Shown here one piece after another: positions 13,094-25,900 of a stretch of DNA of 54,372 bases. The notes under the pieces are model-generated. The model saw only the letters and a program-made list of their open reading frames with translations, did not search any database and was not told the DNA's origin. Origin of the DNA: Phoronis australis (Eukaryota > Animalia > Phoronida); NCBI GenBank assembly GCA_002633005.1, contig NMRA01000917.1:45204-99575 (forward strand), read 5' to 3'. A program made the position numbers and the translations under genes. Position 1 is the stretch's first letter, and the number at the start of each line of letters is the position of its first letter.

Positions 13094-14559
13094 CAGGAGC
13101 CTGTATTGAGCTTAATCAAACTTTTAAAAACTCGCAACTTCGAGAAGCTCGCTTTTTCAGTTTCCGACCAACTCTTTCAAAACCAAACTTAATTCCCTAC
13201 ATTTCTGAAACTCAAATAAATATAATTTATTTTGATCATTACCTCCTTTAAAAGAAAATAAATCCCGGAAAAAGTCATTTTTTACCACAATCTCCTACTT
13301 TCAAAAAAGATAATGCCAGACGTCGTTTTCAAAACAGTACAGTGTAGGTTTATCAGTGACATCTTTTGACAGACTGTGAGAACGCCAACAAAAATTAATC
13401 AGAATGTTAGTAAAATAATCAGAACTACTTTCGAATTGAAACCACTTACATGTATGTATATTTGCTGGGAACTTTATGTACATTTTGTGAAAAAATGATA
13501 ATCCGGGTAAAGAATTGGCGAATACAGAAATTGGCTGACAGGTGGTAAAGATCTAGTTCATGAGTTAAAAATAATGTTTCGAGGACAGATAAAATTAAAC
13601 ATTATGTAGAAACAGGTACAATGCGTTCAAATTTGAAAAAAATATACATTACAAACTAGCTTTAGAAAAAGAAAAACAGGGAACTGTTAAAGGTTGTGGC
13701 TCATTTGCTCAGTGTATTGAAAGGCCAGCGCCCTTTCTGGTGCTAAAACAAAGTCATTGAGATTTCTTTGGATATTCCAGTGTGGGTGTTGTCAATATTC
13801 TCTATAAGTACATATAATACTAGGTCATATAATACTAGGTTATCGATCCTCGTGCTTGTGGCATGGAATATTCCAACCCCTACTGTACGGACCTACCAAA
13901 TCCAAGGAGACAATCTATTAACCTGATTGATGAAGGAATCACCAAAGCGAATACCGAGGAAAGAAATCCACTTACGAAAATGGGGGGAACATGTGTACGA
14001 CTTACAACCCTTTATCAGTCTATAATTTTTACAACTTTCGGCTACCACTTCTTAGCAAAATATCATGGAGATATTTTGAAAATATTTGTATTGAATAAAG
14101 CAACAGTCACTTAAATTTTGGAAAATTCATTTTAATGGATGTCATACAACGATTCTCTTAATGATGCAATATAATCGGCAAACTTCAATTGGTTAAAGCT
14201 ATCGTAAGCGGCATATCAGCTTGCTGCAAGCGGTAGGTGTCTACAGAGTGAAACACAGTGCCAAGTTTTTTTCTTTAGAACGATATCTACTTTTTCACAA
14301 TAAAGCAAAAGGGATCAGCATTTCTATTATACAGCTCAGACCCATACTGGGATAGTCTCAGGTTTCTGACTTGGCAATAATTTTGCTGGCAAAACCTAAC
14401 CCACCAAATTTTTAATTTGCCTAATTGACCGATGTACAAGACTTGACGCTATGTCTTATTTGTTTGAGAACACCGACACCGGGACATTGTTAATGGTTTC
14501 CATTCATTTTCCAACACCCACGAGAAATGCTGTTTTATCTAGAAAGATTATTGTCACGT

Positions 14560-14892
14560 CGGTGTAACAATAAGAGACTATACGTGTATTGTAAAAAATC
14601 AGTTCTTCGAAACTGTAGGATAAATTTCATGTTCATATTTTGATGACATCAGAATACATAACTGAAAAAGGAGTAGCATTTTAAAATTTATATGACCTTT
14701 GGACCAAATGACCTCTTAAGGTGCATTATGGAATATGCTCATTGGTTAATTTATATGCTACTAAATATCATACCTTAAATATAAAGAAAATACCTGCCCT
14801 CATTTTGCAGTTATTAAGTGTCAAAGTTGGTTGGAAGAAGAATAAGAATAAGAATGGGAATTAGACTCTACGCTTACGCGCTCAAGGTAATA
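14560..14892 (-). mobile_element. Helentron/DINE-like non-autonomous element fragment
   Basis: Minus strand: ATTACCTTGAGCGCGTAAGCGTAGAG hairpin-like head, then a (TTCTTA)n microsatellite, then AGGTCA...AAGGTCA subrepeats. This layout is typical of such elements; boundaries are approximate. Confidence 0.4.
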
Positions 14893-15659
14893 AAGAATTG
14901 GGTCACATGAGGCACTACGTCTAATTAATATTCCCATGTATTCTCACAACCCATTAACTCTCATCATCTCTGTTCCCAGGTCACTCTTTTTTGTAGTTTT
15001 GAATGGATAATTATAAGAAAACGTTCGTGCTATTTGTCTCTATACATGTACGTGTATCTGATTATAGGCTGCTCTTAGAACACTGTATGTGCTCGAAAGC
15101 TAGTGTCTTTAAGATATCTTTTTCGACTGATTTTGGAGTGTTTTACCAGCTTTTACATCTTTTCTTAGGCGGGATCCCCTAGACCCATCCCTGGTCTCAA
15201 GACGTGCCAGTTTTAAAAGACAACTTCCATATTTGAACCTACTGACAGTTTCATTTTGTAACTCATTGCAAAACCGGGCCACGCCGTCGTGGGTCAGATC
15301 ATCCACGTTGGTCACCGTTTAGAGTCTTTGCAATCCCGCTGCTGATCCGAGTTAACCCTTGTTTACGAAACGCATAGCAACTGGAAATGTGAGAGGGCAA
15401 GGAGTTTCCTGTTAACACATTCCATGAATCTTATTTTGGATACCCATTTCTTGCAATACAGTACGAAGATTTTCTGTTTCACGTACTTTGACGGACGCAG
15501 TGCCATATTCATCTAATTGTGACAATGTTCATGTTTGTGTTACTATTGATTTTGTTGTCCCTTATCACCATGTTTATGGCTTCGACCACGATAAATGTGG
15601 CGGCCAAATGATTGCACCAGGATGGGTCAATTGTGTTGACTGAACCTCAAGTGCTTCGT

Positions 15660-15781
15660 TCACACTCTCTCCTTAAACTAAAACACCACACACATTACAT
15701 CACCTACTGAGCCTTTTCTGCTGGGAGATCATCTGGGCATTATGCATATCAACTCTAAAAAGTAAACCTATAGTCTGACAG
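15660..15781 (+). other. Probable non-coding 5' UTR exon of the SLC5 gene
   Basis: Perfect donor CAG|GTGAGT at 15781/15782, and an acceptor (tcttgtttaatgcag, ending 16894) 19 nt upstream of the SLC5 ATG that needs an upstream donor. The exon start is a guess. Confidence 0.45.
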
Positions 15782-16913
15782 GTGAGTACATGTACGATTT
15801 CAAGCTTCTTGAAGCTTAAATGATGATAGACGTGGGTTCACTGGTGGGTAATGGATCTAAGTGGTTCCCTGCGTGGCAGGGGAATATCTCGTTGATTTGT
15901 TTCCAAAGCGAAAATTAAAATGGGCTCCAGCGCAAATCATTTATTTCAAACAAGCCTGGGTACGAACTAAACAACATGGTGGCCTGGTCCCCGAAGCCTC
16001 TGAAGCCCTGTCCATCACTGCAGCTGTACCTTTACCGTACATGTAGTTGCAGTGGTTTCGAAAACTAACGAAAATATGTGTAATAGAATCAAGGCGACTA
16101 AACAATTAAAACAAAACTGAGGTCGTGCGCTCCTCAAAACTATTTCTGGAAAATAATTAAATCCCACTCGTGTAAACGTGCACAGTCTATGAAAACATAC
16201 AAGTATATATAGCTGCTAGCTGCTTCGATAATTTCTATAAACTATTTCTAGATTGTGATACACTCATAATTATTTGCTTAAACCTTCACTTAGGGATTGT
16301 GAAGCGGGAGACTAAGAACACATTTCTACCTTAAGTCTTAAGTCACTTTCACGAAACGAAGTCAAAAATGACAAACAGACTTGGAATCTCAACAACCTAG
16401 TAATTACCAAAGTCTTAGCGGTCCCAATTTACCTGAAATCAACAGTTTTTCAAAATGTCACCTTCGTATTGTTTAGGAATTTGGTAGAACCTTGATTTTT
16501 GTTTTCAGTTATTCCTGGAAAATCATTTTGCTAATGATTCATCGGAGAAAAAAATCAGCGGCTAACCACCACTTGTACTGTTATGTTGTTATTTTGCAAA
16601 CAATTTCGATATATGTACATGTACACGCCATCTGTCCGTGAAAATTTCAACAACTCTATGACAGATATTCAGTTATGTTGTTCTTTTGCAAACCTTTGCT
16701 ATACTCTACACACGATCTCTTCATAAAATCTACATGCATTAAGGATAGGGTGCGCAATGGCAAAGAACTTCAGTAAAATATACTCGTGTTGTTTAGCAAA
16801 AAAATATTCAACATAGAATACATTTTGTAAGACGGGAACCATTGAAGCATTGTACAAATTCGTTCAAGCTACTCAGTGTTCTTGTTTAATGCAGAATTCA
16901 CGAATTCGGCACC

Positions 16914-19900
16914 ATGGCAATAGCGTCATTGTCACCCGTGGACTATGTTATATGTGCTGTCATGCTGGCGGCGTCGGCCTCAATTGGTGTTTACTACGCC
17001 TGCACAGGCGGGAGGCAGCGGACGACAGAGGAGGTGTTTATGGGGAACAGACAGATGAAGGCATGTTGAAACTTAGAGTTCTCTGGTTTAAAAGTCAAAG
17101 GGTCTTTTTGCTGACGCTCTCTTGTATGTAATAATCCGAAGATTATTCATTAAACTGAGTAATGGTCTACCAGGCAAACCGGAATATAAAAATACCTGGC
17201 CAATACATAGTGATGAAAAACCTACATGTACACTCTTCTTGATATCAACTTCCAAAACTTTTGGTCGAGATGGCAGGATGCCCTTCTATGGACCGTGTAG
17301 GTGAGAGGGTGAAAGACCAACTGGACATTACGTCACCTTTCCAACAGGCTGGCAGGAAGAACCTTAGGTTTTGGATATCTTTTAAGTAAAGATGACCTTT
17401 CTGGCTTACAAATGGCCGTCGGTGCACAGCACATGGAAATTAACGTAATGCCCTTCATTTCCACCAGATACGGTGAGAGTTCCGTAGACCGTCCAGTTTC
17501 TTGCCAAGATTTCACAAAACCTCTCCAAATCACGCAAGTGAAAGGCAAGTGTATTACGTTTAAGATCGTTAGATTACAAGCCACAGAGATTATTGGTATG
17601 AGAGGTTGGAATATTAAGTTTAAAGTGCTCGTTAAGTGGAAATTCAATCCACTGTCTTGGTGTCCAAAAATGCAGCCTTGTTGCCTTAATTGACACAATT
17701 GTTCCACCAATGTTTCAGGTAGTTCCAGTCCTCCTTTCTCAGGTTGCAACCATCTGTAGTGCTATTACTATACTAGGCACACCGGCAGAGGTCTTGTTGA
17801 ACGGTACTGGATATGGCGCCTTCTCCTTCGGAATTTGTCTTGCCGGCGTGCTCAGCGCATTTATGATCGTACCACTGTTCTACAAACTACAACGCACAAG
17901 CATACTTGAGGCGAGTTGCTCTTTTAGGAGCTCTTGGGTTTGACAATAATTCACACATCAAATAGGCCTACTAGATGTACTGAAGTTTTCCTGATTTTTT
18001 ATGCTATTACATGTCTGTTTTCCTATGGTCCGTTACATGACGAAAGCATACACTGTAAGAGATCTGCGTTGTGTTGTGTTACCATGAGTCAGAAAACACC
18101 TGACGACGTCTTTACCAGTTGTACGTGTAAGTTAGGATACGACTGATCCGTCATGGGAAATAACCAAAATGTGAGCGCTCGTCAGAAATTTGATCAGCCT
18201 TTTAACTCCACCTCGAAATCAGACGCCATATCTGCCTTCTCGCAACGACAGGACTGCTTTCCAAAGACATCATTTGTGGTTAAGGGCTGTTTGTTCATGG
18301 TAATCCCATGTGCTTGGCCAGAATAATTTTACGCTAAGTTGGCGGACATGACGTCTTTTATGAACATTCGTTTTGAGCGGTTGAAATTCCCTCTCAACAA
18401 TTCTGTGAACGCAGTAAGTAGATCTTGTTGTTGGGCGTACAGATAAACTGAAAATGAAAATAGGAGTCGCTGGTTCAAGTTGTTGCTGTTTTTAGGCGAT
18501 TTCTAGTCGATCCAAACCACTGTTATCGGCTCTGGAAACTCGCAATATACGCGATCATGTACTTCTGTGTCATGCTGTCCCAGTCTCTACTGAAACAAGA
18601 AACCAGTCGCACTAGCAATTGCTTTCACTGTAATCTTTAAGGAGGTGCATCTCTTTCTTAAACTTCTCATTTATTTTCAGTACTTCGAAATGAGATTTTC
18701 GAAAGGCATCAGGCTTGCCACATTTCTCATGGTGGTGCTGATAAAGGTTGGTGATGATGCTTTTGTGTACGCTTTTTGTTTCTTGGAAGAAGTGCATGAC
18801 TAGGCCTATTTATCAACAAAATGATAAGCTAGTATTATAAAAAGGGAAACGATCGAGTTCATGCGGGTTGCCATTTCGGGCAATATCATCTTCGGTGCTG
18901 CTATCATTATGGAACTGTGAAAGTCCAGTGGTTTAAATTAATGCTTCGATGGAACTTGTACATGTAGTTCACTCATATGATGCATTTTTGTACGAGAGTT
19001 CTTTAGTCGTAGCCGCCCCGAAAAGCATGCAGCAGTCAGCCCATGCTTTTAATTATGGGGTTAGTAAGTCACAAGTGTTCCTTCCCCTCAAATATTTTTT
19101 ACGTCACCAATTGTCGAGGGTGTTACCAAGTGCTTAGGAGCCGCCAATCGTCCTCGTCCATATAATGTATTTGAAAAACAACAGAAGTGGCGTTTTTGAA
19201 TTCACTCAGTATTGCAGTAATCTCTCAACTTTTTGTACAAAAACATACATGTGTATGTTCTCACTACATTTATTTTGGGTTATTTGGGTTATTTATGAAG
19301 TATCACCAGAGGCCTTTATATTGACCGTGGTCTAGGCAACTTGACATTTTTGATTGAAGGTCGTAAAAGACAAACCATTAACCATTAAATAGAATAGTTC
19401 AAACACGTTATCTTTACGGCAACATGTACATGTACATGGGAACCTGTTGACATTTCAACTATTGTGCATTCCCCGTAGTGCATACATGCATCGATACCAG
19501 GAACTGGAGCCTTATACATGTTGCTTCCTTACTGTGACCGGCGTCTGCTCTGGTTAAAAGAACTATGGTAACATTCAAAGCGTAGCTGGTAATATACACA
19601 TCTATACATGCGGACACCAATCACATTGTTATTTTCTTGTTAGCAAACTTCCGCAAAATGCCCAGGATATTCAGAATGTCACGGGCTTTTTCACGTTCTC
19701 TCTTAGACTAAACTTTACAGGTGAGCTACTCGGCCATAGCACTCTATGCACCGGCCTTGGCCCTGAATGTCGTGACAGGTTTGAGTTTGTGGGCGTCTAT
19801 TATAAGTGTAGGAGCGGTTTGTTCGTTCTACATATCCATGGTGAGTTTTATTTAGTTTTTATCCTTAATGTACACACACTTGATTAAAACTGCTTTAAAC

Positions 19901-22900
19901 TCCCTTTGATTGAAAACCGCTGTTTGTAACCTAGAGCAGTTACCATTATAAAAATGTTGCTCATTATTCTCGATTTTTCCGGAATACTCTCACATTGTTA
20001 TTTCGTCACTGTTCAGTCTCCTTAACATGGAAATAATCCAAGTTAAATCTTGAACTAGATTTGGTTACTTATCGACCAATAGTGCTCTCCAATAAAAAAT
20101 CAGATACCAGAATGCAAGATGCATTTTTTGCCTTGCATTTATACATGTATTACTTTTCAAAAAATAGAAGACTTTGACAGAACTCTTCCAGACACAGACA
20201 AACCATGACAAACTCTTTTTCAAAATTGTTTAGCAGTATAGTCGAGCATTTATCGCAATAAACTAGCGTTCTTGTTAAAATTTAGCAAGAATTTAATTTG
20301 AAGTTATGAATCTTAAAGTCACAAATTATTTATTTTTCGAATGGATTTTGTACAGTAAGTAATCGCGACTTCGACAACGTGCTTGAATCAACGGCTTTTA
20401 AAATTTTGCGCAGATTTATCCAGAATGGAAACCTATTCTAGTGAAAAAGAAATGGCTATTTAGTTTTGTACGTAGAAACCGTGTCCAGTTTATTTTGTTT
20501 ACTTTGAAAACCACTGTACGCATTCTTTGACAGGGTGGAATAAAAGCCGTTGTATGGGCAGACGTGTTGCAGGTTATCATCATTATGGCAGGTTTGGTCG
20601 CCATTTTGATTAAAGGCTCTGTTGATATGGGTGGATTCTCCAACATTTGGCAGATTGCAGACAGCGTTAATGGAAGTCGTCTAAACTTCTTCGAGTGAGT
20701 ACTTGCATAATTACATTGTTTATTCATCACGCTATCATCACGCTTCAAACACAAGTCACTTCCCTAAAACATTATTAACTGAACACAAACGAGCCGCTTT
20801 ATTCGTGCAAGAACCTTGCAGCTCGAGTCCATTAAGGGGAATGAGTTCACAAATTTCAGTTGTAAATTACAATTAGAGAATAATTACTGTACACCAATAG
20901 AGACGCCCTAGATTACACGGCCATAGTACTCTCCTTTGTCCCGGAGATAAGAAAGCGCGTGACCTCGCTTTGGAAATCATTCAAGTTTTCGTGTCTCTCA
21001 TTTATGTCAGGAAGGCGAAGAATTTTAAATCATCCAACCACAGGTAATCGTCCAGTTTATCAAACTTTTCCACGTCGGAGTTGCCTCACACAGCACTGCA
21101 TTAAAACATGTACTCCGTTGGCATTGGAAGGACTAATAGAGTAATGCAACCGAGGAAAACATCTTGTAAATAATAGAACAACAAATAACACGTGAAACTC
21201 TAATGGCACGAAAACGAAGCAGCAAATGAGGCTGACGGTGTTTACGGCATTCTGGGTAAATACAGCGAGATTCAAGTGTCGCTGTGTATCCCAGGAAGTT
21301 CTTATTAGGCCGCGAGCTTATTTGCGAAGAAAGCCTTTCAGTAACAAGAAACCAGCTTCACGAATTAAGTAAAGTACCCACACTGCCGACGCAATAGGCT
21401 TAAAGCATTCACTAAATTCAGCGTAGTCTTGTGGCAGACGAATAGTCTAATCAATTGTGTACCCCCATTGTTTTTCCATGCTTTAAACGATTTCAGCTGG
21501 AATCCTAACCCAACAGCTCGCCACACTATTTGGTCTCTTACTATTGGAGGAACATTCACAGCTACGACGATGTTTGGATTCAGCCAAGAAAGTATTCAGC
21601 GAATGCAATGTTTACCGACACTGAGAAAGGCTAAAATGTGAGTACTTGGAATGGTGACTAGGTTTTGTAATGACAACTTCTCTCATTTAACAAATTGTAA
21701 TTCAGTTAAAAGACACTTTACCAGCATCGGAACATCTGACATAAAGGATCCCGACATTACTTAAGTACAGGCATTTCTGTGGAAAAGTTCATATATAGCG
21801 CCACATAGTAAATGTCGAGGTTCCTCATTAAAATAAAAGTTTCAGCGTGCCGATGAATGGCGCATTCAGACACGTGTACGTGTAATAGACCCAGATTTAA
21901 TTTAAATGTAAGGCGTTGTCAAACAGCAAGGAAACGGTGTAAAGCATTCGGAACATCTGGGATTTATTCGTAGCCTCATGTTTTCCATCGGAGATGAACG
22001 ACATATGCGCATGTGCGAACTCCAGTCATACCGTCAATCAATATCCAGTTTTGAAAGTCTTATGCAACATATGTGTAACTGAAATCAATCATGTGTACAA
22101 ATCGCTCCATCCGAGGGGAAATCTGAGGTTACGAAAATACCTACGGTGTTCTGTATGACTGAAATGAAGACAGTCGGTTATGTCTTGAAGCATGGAACTT
22201 TTAAGGGTTACTAATAACGGTTTTTAGGCTGGTTAGGCCTAACATCATTTTGTAGAGGTCAGCTTGTTACTCTAGCCTTACTGTATTAGAATTTATTTCC
22301 ATGGGAGTTGAGATGAGCCCAAGTAACACTCACGTGACGTTTGGAACAAGCTGGGCTGCATTCCATGGACACGAATTGCTTGCGACAACGAAAGTCCACG
22401 GAAAATTCCCGAGATGTTCCAAAAACAAATGCACACATGTACTTTCAGAGCCATGCTTCTTACCGGACCGGGAATCTCTCTCATTGTCATCGCTTCCACG
22501 TTGGTTGGTCTTGTTGTCTTTGCAAATTATGAGTTCTGTGATCCAATCACGAACAAAGATGTTCTTTCTGCAGACCAGGTAATTTCCGTAACAAGGAGCG
22601 AGTTTGCTAGCCAGTTGTGGTGCTTACATGTACATGTCGCCTGCGTGATTAAACGACCTACGTGAATTATTTTTATTTATTTCCTTGCATTTCTTTGTTG
22701 TAACTTTGACACTTAAACGTGCCTTAGAATCTCGTTCCGTCGGATGTCAAGACAGCAACAGAAAGCTCGACTGCCGCCAAGTGGTCTCCATTTGGTCTTC
22801 GTGTAAATGCACTTAAGCTATACTTGGACTCGATAATCTAAATACACGGTAAATGGAATCGTACTTGGACTTATTTTTTACATTTTCGGTCCTATTTTGT

Positions 22901-25900
22901 TCAAATTCAAGATAAGGGTCTGTTATTCTGGGCTCGAGCACAAATGATCCAGATAGAAGTGAGTTTCTATTCCAAGTTTGAACTTCATGACTCCAACATG
23001 TAGACTCGAGCTACTGTACCTACACTCTCGGGTTAAAGCTCGTGATTTCTAATCCAGACCGGAATCTATACTTGTAATTAAATGCTGGGTGCATTAAATG
23101 TAAACTAGGATTAGACAACCGTTCACACAAACCATGATACACTTGGGAGCAGAATACTAGTCACATTTCTTGAGTTCGCAGGAAAGAAGAACATAATACG
23201 ACAAATACACATGTGCATATGATCTGAACTTTTATTTAAGTTCAAAGATAAGGCCCTGGTACCAGATGTCCAGGACATCGACGTGTATTAAGCTGCATCA
23301 CTAGAGTTAGTGCGTGTGTGCGTGTGCAGTGTGCGTGTGCGTGTATGCGTATGTGCGTGTGTGCATGTGTGTGTGCTTGTGTGTGTTCAACACAGAACAT
23401 ACAGTATTTGGGAATCTGAACAGCTAAGATCTCCATTACAGAATTTGATGAAGGTCGTGATTAGCTATTGTAAATATCTGCAGGCTCTTCCGTTTTACGT
23501 GATGGATAAACTTTCAACTCTGACGGGATTTCCGGGTCTGTTTGCGGCTTGTGTTTTCAGCGGAGCACTAAGGCAAGTAAAATTAAAAGTAATTTAAGTG
23601 TACGCATGTGCAACATATAGCAAATGCCTGTAATCTTGGGTTTGAGCAACTAGTTACAGACACCCACGCAGCCTAAAAGGAAAGGGCTCGAAATTTTGAG
23701 AATGTGGACCTCTTACTAAGAGTCACGGGGTACGTTCAAAACTATGAATTGTGCATTCGCCAAATTTTGGTAGTTCATGCCCTTTTAGTGAACTTTTGTC
23801 TCGTTTTCGACTTTTTTCGAAGTTTTTGTCTCTCCGTTTTGCCCAGTTCGCCAAATTGGGGGTAAGAAATTCTTTATGTTCGGTAAGGAGGTCAAACCGA
23901 CCGTGAAAAATTAATAGATTTGAGACAAAGCAGCGGCGATGCAGCTTGTGTGAATGCAGATAAGAAGACTTCTATTTTGACACATATTATTAGAAAACAT
24001 TATGTTTTTTATTGTCATGAATTGCCTGAACAGAATAAAATATTTCGGCAGTGATGAGATTTTGTATTCCTCAACAACTGTCCAAGAACAGTAATAAACA
24101 GAAGGGGATCAAAATTATTAATCGAGGACTTAATAACGTAAGAGGAGCACTGTGTGCCACGTTAAAGTGATATACGGATTTGAAAGTTGACACTGGATTG
24201 CAGATAGGAAGGTTTGTGTCTTTAAGCTGAACAACTGGTTTTATTGCGTCATAGACTACAGTACTTGGACCGCCAACTCTGTCTATTTTCAATGGACGTA
24301 ATCAGTGATCTTACGCATAAGCCGTGACGTCGCTAGTCACTGGTGACACCTGGCAGGCATAGCACATAGCACATTTTACTTCCGGAACGCACGTCGCCTG
24401 CTATATAGGGCAGAAAAAGAGATGCAAGATTTTCCCGTCATAATACACTAACCGAAAACTGAATTTGCGTGTTTAGAGAGTGGCGCCTGTTCTAGGATAT
24501 TTCGCAAGAACATGTCGGAGTTGCAAATCTGTTGTCTGTAATCTATTATTGCATTTACTTTTTCAAGATGCTCACCTGTTTTCTGACCGCAGACTATAAG
24601 GGTATGAGCAGGACTGCGTTCTGTAGCAGCAACATTTTCGCGAAAACGCAAGAATACGTGAATCTTCGTGAGATCTTACAATGCATTACAAAGGAAACAG
24701 GTGATCATACCAGCTTCTGTAGCGGGTATACAGAACTCAGTTTGGCTATAGATTAAAAGATTAAAGAATATTTACGATCTTATTCTAGTTCCGTTTCTTC
24801 AGTGTGGAACTCGCTCGCCGCCCTTACGCTAACGGAGATCAACACATTTAGGAAGAAAGTGATAAAAGGCGCCCAGGCAGCGTTATTTGCCAAGATACTG
24901 TGTAATTGTTCCATTGCAAGCAGAGGATTTACATTGCCTTTCTGGAAATAGTAGCAATTTCATCTTTTGTGTGACCACTAGGAGTGAATTTTCGAAGAAA
25001 TCAACAGCTGAGTTGTTATTATTTGTTTTAGTACATGAGTCCGACACGTATATGAGCGGGATGCTGACTACACGTTGTTCGAGTCGCGGCAACTGGTCCT
25101 CTAAGAACACCTGCTTTGGGAATTAAAAATCTAGCCCATTTTTGTCGATCTCATTTTTGTTCTCTTAATTATGCTTTAGATTTACGAGGCCAGGCTACTT
25201 TCAGATTCGTAACTTACTGTTTTGGTCAGAGACTTGCTTTTTGTCCCATTATGCGAAGAATTTCATAGCACGTACTCTACGGTGTGCAGTACAATAGTTC
25301 ACGTCTTTTGAAATTTTTTAACTTCAGACGACTCCGCACCAATGTATATCGGAAATAGATTTAAATTGAATATGATGGGTCTTTGGAACAAACTAGTAAC
25401 CACAAGTGGTGAAAGGTTACTGAAGAAGTTATTTCTATGGGACTACTCTGTTGGTAGAGAGGGTTGGATAGACAGAATCAAAAAATTGTTTAACATAACT
25501 GGTATGCAATCCTGTTTTCAAAATTTGGCTACTTGTAACATAGTAGACGATACTAACAAAGTATTTGATTGCGCAAAACATGCTTGGGTTGAATCTGTTG
25601 TAACAAAACTAAAGTTAAGAACCTACATTTTATTTAAGCACGAGATTTTAATTGAGCCGTATGTAAAGATTAATTTATCTCGTTCCGAGCGATCTCTTCT
25701 AGCACAGGTTAGAGCAGGAAATATTCCATTGCACTTGGAAACTGATCGTTATGTAAACACTCCTGTAAGTGAAAGACTTTGCTTGTGTTGTGATTCTGGT
25801 TCTGTGGAGGATGAGCTACACTTTGTGTTGCATTGTTCTCTTTATAATTCATGGAGGTCTATTTTGTTTAATAATGTTTCACTTCAAATCCCGAACTTTG

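Noticed and set aside
16580-16735. Two diverged ~90-bp tandem copies (also a 15-bp doublet at ~13811-13840)
   Set aside because: Ordinary local duplications; only two units and no spacer structure, so not CRISPR-like.
23683-23900. hAT-like repeat sharing gtgaacttttgtctcgttttc with ~44493-44650
   Set aside because: Probably two decayed copies of one family, but the ends and TSD could not be defined.
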